Source: an archaeon (GTDB taxonomy: Archaea; Thermoproteota; Nitrososphaeria; Nitrososphaerales; Gagatemarchaeaceae). Taken from it: 64,000 nucleotides of DNA. A model generated the notes under the pieces. It was not told the origin of the DNA. It saw only the letters and a list, made by a program, of their open reading frames with translations, and searched no databases. The translations under genes were made by a program, and so were the position numbers. Shown here piece by piece: positions 61,041 through 64,000 of this stretch. Within the stretch, counting starts at the first letter, position 1. Each line of letters opens with the position of its first letter. Location: the NCBI GenBank assembly GCA_021827865.1, contig JAKAUC010000007.1, forward strand, positions 10,981 to 74,980, written 5' to 3'.

Positions 61041-62387
61041 TCAGCGGTATCCTGCGGCCGTCTCTTCTAGCACAGCTCTTACGTCCTTGGATGCGTCACC
61101 CACGAGGCACCTTCTCACCGTCACCGCCCCGTTATCACCGAGATGCTCGCCACCTGACCCAATGGCCCGGAGCGCCCCCTCGGCAAGCCCTTCATCGTCG
61201 CCAGGCTTGAAGGTGTACCCGTTCGACCCTCCGATCACCAGCTCCGACACCCCCGCCCCCTCGCTTACCACCGCCGGCTTCTTGTTGATCCAGCCTTCAA
61301 GGACCGTGATGCCGAACCCTTCGATTCTGGAGGGCAGCAATACTGCCGAGGCCAGGGAGTAGGCCGCCCTGACTTCCTCCGCGGATGCGTATCCCAAGAA
61401 TACGGTCTTGTCGCTGATTTTGAGCCTCTTGGCCGTCTTGATGAGGTGCTCCTTCCAGAGCGCCCCCTTGTCCCTCCCCAACCCGCCGGCGCTGCTCGAG
61501 GAGAAGCTCCCATTGCCGATCAGCAGAAGCCTGACCTTGGCCCTGTTCTTCATCCTGGCAAGTGCTCGGATGGCGACGTCCTGGGACTTGATAGGGTCCA
61601 TCCGTGCGACAGTTAGAAGGAGCTTCTCCCCTGGCTTCAGACCAATCCTCTCACTCAGTGCCGCCTTCGCCGCGGAGGAGGGCGCCTTCCACTCCGTCTC
61701 GTCTATGTATGGATAGAGCTGGTGAGCGTGTCCTCGGTAACCTGTCTTTACCAGCCCCTCAAGGTCCTTCTTCGTGCTGACTATGACCGAGTCAAAGCCC
61801 TCGAGCGCCCTCCGTACAAATCCCCCCAGGTGCCCGAGGTTCTCAGGCCTGAAGGGGACGTGCCACCGAAGCACTGCAGGTGCGGAGATCCCGATTAGCT
61901 GCCCCGTCTGTATGAGCTGGAAGTCATGGATGTAGAAGATGTCGACATCTCCGACGTAGTGGAATATCTTCTCGGTGTTGGCCCAGTTGTAATGTACATA
62001 CCCGAGGTATTCGTTCCTGTTGAATGGCCGGTCCCCAAGCCCATGTATGGTAGACCAGAACCCTTCCTTGAAGGAGCCGTAGTCTCTGAGGTAGCGCTGT
62101 CCGAGCTCCACGTGCGAGACGAGAATGTCGTCGAGCTTCACTTGCGGAGGGTACTTGATTCCGAGGCTAATCCAAACGGAGTCCTTAGCAAATCCGGCCT
62201 TCGTAAGGTGCGAAAGGAGCGGGAGCACCATCGACGTGACTCCGCCTGGGGCGTAGACGTAGTCGACCCCCCGCTGCAGCGACTTCAGGTCGACCGGGTC
62301 GTCCAGCTCACCATATTTCTTCTGGAGCTCGGAGTAATCGAGCCTGAACCTTATCGGCGGGGTCTGAGTGTTAATGCAGATTCTCAT
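61041..62387 (-). CDS. GT-B retaining glycosyltransferase (GT4-like; TreT / sugar-phosphate synthase-like)
   Basis: IHDFQLIQ...LRWHVPF...ARMDPIKSQ...LPSRIEGFGITVLEGW. Confidence 0.7.
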   Translation of the reverse strand: MRICINTQTPPIRFRLDYSELQKKYGELDDPVDLKSLQRGVDYVYAPGGVTSMVLPLLSHLTKAGFAKDSVWISLGIKYPPQVKLDDILVSHVELGQRYLRDYGSFKEGFWSTIHGLGDRPFNRNEYLGYVHYNWANTEKIFHYVGDVDIFYIHDFQLIQTGQLIGISAPAVLRWHVPFRPENLGHLGGFVRRALEGFDSVIVSTKKDLEGLVKTGYRGHAHQLYPYIDETEWKAPSSAAKAALSERIGLKPGEKLLLTVARMDPIKSQDVAIRALARMKNRAKVRLLLIGNGSFSSSSAGGLGRDKGALWKEHLIKTAKRLKISDKTVFLGYASAEEVRAAYSLASAVLLPSRIEGFGITVLEGWINKKPAVVSEGAGVSELVIGGSNGYTFKPGDDEGLAEGALRAIGSGGEHLGDNGAVTVRRCLVGDASKDVRAVLEETAAGYR

Positions 62388-63064
62388 GAAGGCCGACTCC
62401 CGCTCCCGCCAAAAAGACCTCTAATGGCTTCCATGGACCCCTCTCCATCGCTACCATCCGCGACGTAATCAGCCCTTCGCTTGAGTTCATCCACTGAATT
62501 CCCGAGCGCAATTCTGAACCCAGAGACACCGAACATGGGCAGGTCGTTCTCCCCGTCCCCGATGCACGCGGTCCTCTCGGGCGCAAGATGAAGCGTCTTC
62601 AAGACAGCCAAGAGCCCGGTTCCCTTGTCCACCCCGACGGGGACTATCATCAGTCTGTCCTTGTTTACCTGGACACTGGCCAGTCGCGAAACCACGCTTC
62701 GCGCGAGGTCAAGGTTCTCAATGGAGGATGAGATTATCACTTCTTCGCATCCCTCTTCGAACCGGCTCAGAACCCGTCTTCTTTCTTCCGCCCACCCGTC
62801 GGGGATCTGTCGTTCTCTGGCCGCCCCCACTGCGAGCAACGCCCCGTTTTCTGCGACGGTGGCGTCGAACAAGCCATCCCCGGTGATCCTCATAGCCTCG
62901 CCAGTGCATCTCCCAGTGGCCAGTATCAGCTTCGTGCCGTTTGCCCTCAGCCTCCTCATCGCCTCCACCAACGCGGGCTTCAGCCGCTCCCCTCCAGATG
63001 TGAGCGTACCGTCCAAGTCAGTCGCGAGGGCGTCGATTCGTAGTTCCCCGACCTGCCTCTTCAT
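62384..63064 (-). CDS. HAD-IIB (Cof/SPP/MPGP-type) sugar-phosphate phosphatase
   Basis: LATDLDGTL...ILATGR...IGDGENDLPMF. ATGA overlap with the downstream GT gene. Confidence 0.75.
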   Translation of the reverse strand: MKRQVGELRIDALATDLDGTLTSGGERLKPALVEAMRRLRANGTKLILATGRCTGEAMRITGDGLFDATVAENGALLAVGAARERQIPDGWAEERRRVLSRFEEGCEEVIISSSIENLDLARSVVSRLASVQVNKDRLMIVPVGVDKGTGLLAVLKTLHLAPERTACIGDGENDLPMFGVSGFRIALGNSVDELKRRADYVADGSDGEGSMEAIRGLFGGSGSRPS

Positions 63065-63165
63065 ACGTTAGGAATCCGCCGGGTGCCTGCACTTATCTCT
63101 TTGTATATCAAATCGTTATGATATGTCGAAGTCTTAAATAGACGCAGCTCCAGAAATCGCTTGGT

Positions 63166-63585
63166 ATGCCTCTGACATTAGATGAAGTAAAGTCGAAGGG
63201 GAGGCTCGTTGCCGACAACGACAGGTACCGGGTCCGCGACTACGACCTCGGCGACCTGACGGTCTCCTTGACTGAATTGAAGAAAGGCCAGGGAACCCGA
63301 GGCCACATGCACAGCTCCAATGCCGAAGTCTATTTCTTCACTGGTGGAAGGGCAGAAATGGAAATAGGCGGTGAGAAGTTCGACATCGACGAAGGCGTCG
63401 TCCTCATCCCAAAGGGTGAGTTCCACAGGGTACAGAACAGGTCCAGGGACTCGGAGTTGGCTTTCATATCCGTCTTCCCGGGGAAGCGAAAGGATTCGAA
63501 CGCCCTGTACTCCAGAGACAGAGGGGGAGGCGAGGCCGCCAGGGGCCGAACCATCCAATACCGTGGGGCGTCCGGCATAACCTAG
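63166..63585 (+). CDS. Cupin-domain protein
   Basis: GTRGHMHSSNAEVYFFTGGRAEMEIGGEKFDIDEGVVLIPKGEFHRVQN. Confidence 0.65.
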   Translation: MPLTLDEVKSKGRLVADNDRYRVRDYDLGDLTVSLTELKKGQGTRGHMHSSNAEVYFFTGGRAEMEIGGEKFDIDEGVVLIPKGEFHRVQNRSRDSELAFISVFPGKRKDSNALYSRDRGGGEAARGRTIQYRGASGIT

Positions 63586-63710
63586 GCGCGGAGAGGTCAG
63601 GCTTGCCGCCCATCAGGGCCCCCGAAGACAAACGCAGCCGGAATGCGCACACAGCGACCAGCGCGCTCCCGCCGAAGGCGAGAAGAGAGAACCAGCAATC
63701 GCAGGCCAAG

Positions 63711-64000
63711 ATGAAACTGGTTGAGATAATCAAAGACAGCGAAGTGGCAAAACTGATCTCAGATCCCATGCGGAGGGGAATCTTGAACCTCCTTCGGCGA
63801 AGGGCCATGTCCCAGTCAGAACTGGCGGAGAGCCTGGGGCTTACAGACGGGACGGTGAACTACCACCTGGGTCTCCTTCGGGGCGCGGGATTCCTCAAAG
63901 TCGCCCGGGCGGAGATAGAAGAGCACGGCATCATGCAGAAGTTCTATGTCCCGACAGCGTACCTCTACCTTCCAGACGCGGAGTCATTGCCTCTGGAGGC
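63711..64000 (+). CDS. ArsR-family wHTH transcriptional regulator (3' end outside the window)
   Basis: My own translation gives MKLVEIIKDSEVAKLISDPMRRGILNLLRRRAMSQSELAESLGLTDGTVNYHLGLLRGAGFLKV.... It is open to the window end. Confidence 0.7.
   Translation, partial: MKLVEIIKDSEVAKLISDPMRRGILNLLRRRAMSQSELAESLGLTDGTVNYHLGLLRGAGFLKVARAEIEEHGIMQKFYVPTAYLYLPDAESLPLE

Noticed and set aside
1-64000. Search for CRISPR arrays, transposases, integrases, prophage or plasmid genes, toxin-antitoxin pairs and long direct or inverted repeats
   Set aside because: I found none. tRNA genes are not flanked by integrase-like ORFs or duplicated tRNA 3' halves, and gene content is housekeeping or metabolic throughout.

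Overview
This is a gene-dense, visibly GC-rich archaeal chromosomal segment. I count about 60 supported CDS, 5 tRNA genes, a stand-alone 5S rRNA and an SRP (7S) RNA. I saw no CRISPR array, transposase, integrase or long DNA repeat. The archaeal assignment rests on DnaG, Pelota, two-subunit PheRS, archaeal-type TrpRS, an L3-L4-L23-L2-S19 block, an archaeosortase and intron-containing tRNAs. The non-phosphorylative Entner-Doudoroff gene set and unlinked 5S fit a Thermoplasmata-like lineage, but that cannot be proven from the sequence alone.

Content, left to right:
- 1-2953: class II RNR (partial), a wHTH/ATP-cone/NrdD-like gene and tRNA-Pro.
- 2982-5317: Mpg glycosylase, then an archaeosortase with its putative cargo.
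- 5387-8342: tRNA-Trp, Trm112, 5S rRNA, a DUF1512-like protein with a Zn-ribbon partner, and MetAP.
- 8418-13189: PPAT, TrpRS and PheRS alpha/beta.
- 13364-18907: a small Toprim protein, DnaG, Pelota, an S2P protease and a TtuA-like protein.
- 18896-21483: SRP RNA, tRNA-Ser, enolase, tRNA-Val and a PRTase.
- 21473-24279: MntH with a DtxR/MntR regulator, a NUDIX hydrolase and thioredoxin.
- 24281-34900: a DNA-maintenance island. It holds an MPE phosphoesterase, an orphan gene and an Lhr helicase. These are followed by a three-gene operon (SMC-like ATPase, kleisin, kite) and a second Lhr helicase.
- 35078-43593: a lipoate/2-oxoacid dehydrogenase operon (regulator, lipA, fused E1 alpha-beta, E2, E3, lipB) and a P5C-dehydrogenase-like ALDH.
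- 43594-48023: the ribosomal protein block with a SPOUT gene.
- 48085-50932: an MFS transporter, a DtxR-like regulator with a metal-transporter-like membrane protein, and tRNA-Ala.
- 50999-58928: a non-phosphorylative ED cluster.
- 59108-64000: a GH15/GT4/HAD sugar cluster, a cupin and a partial ArsR gene.

Most interesting observations:
1. A compact, hinge-less Smc5/6-like ATPase operon with kleisin and a tandem winged-helix kite, bracketed by two Lhr helicases and adjacent to an Lhr-orphan-MPE operon.
2. An apparently catalytically dead NrdD homologue fused to wHTH and ATP-cone domains, directly upstream of nrdJ. It is a candidate RNR regulator.
3. All five tRNA genes are intron-interrupted, with about 8 introns in total. 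These include a three-intron tRNA-Ser and non-canonical intron positions.

All product calls come from motif recognition by eye. No database search was possible.
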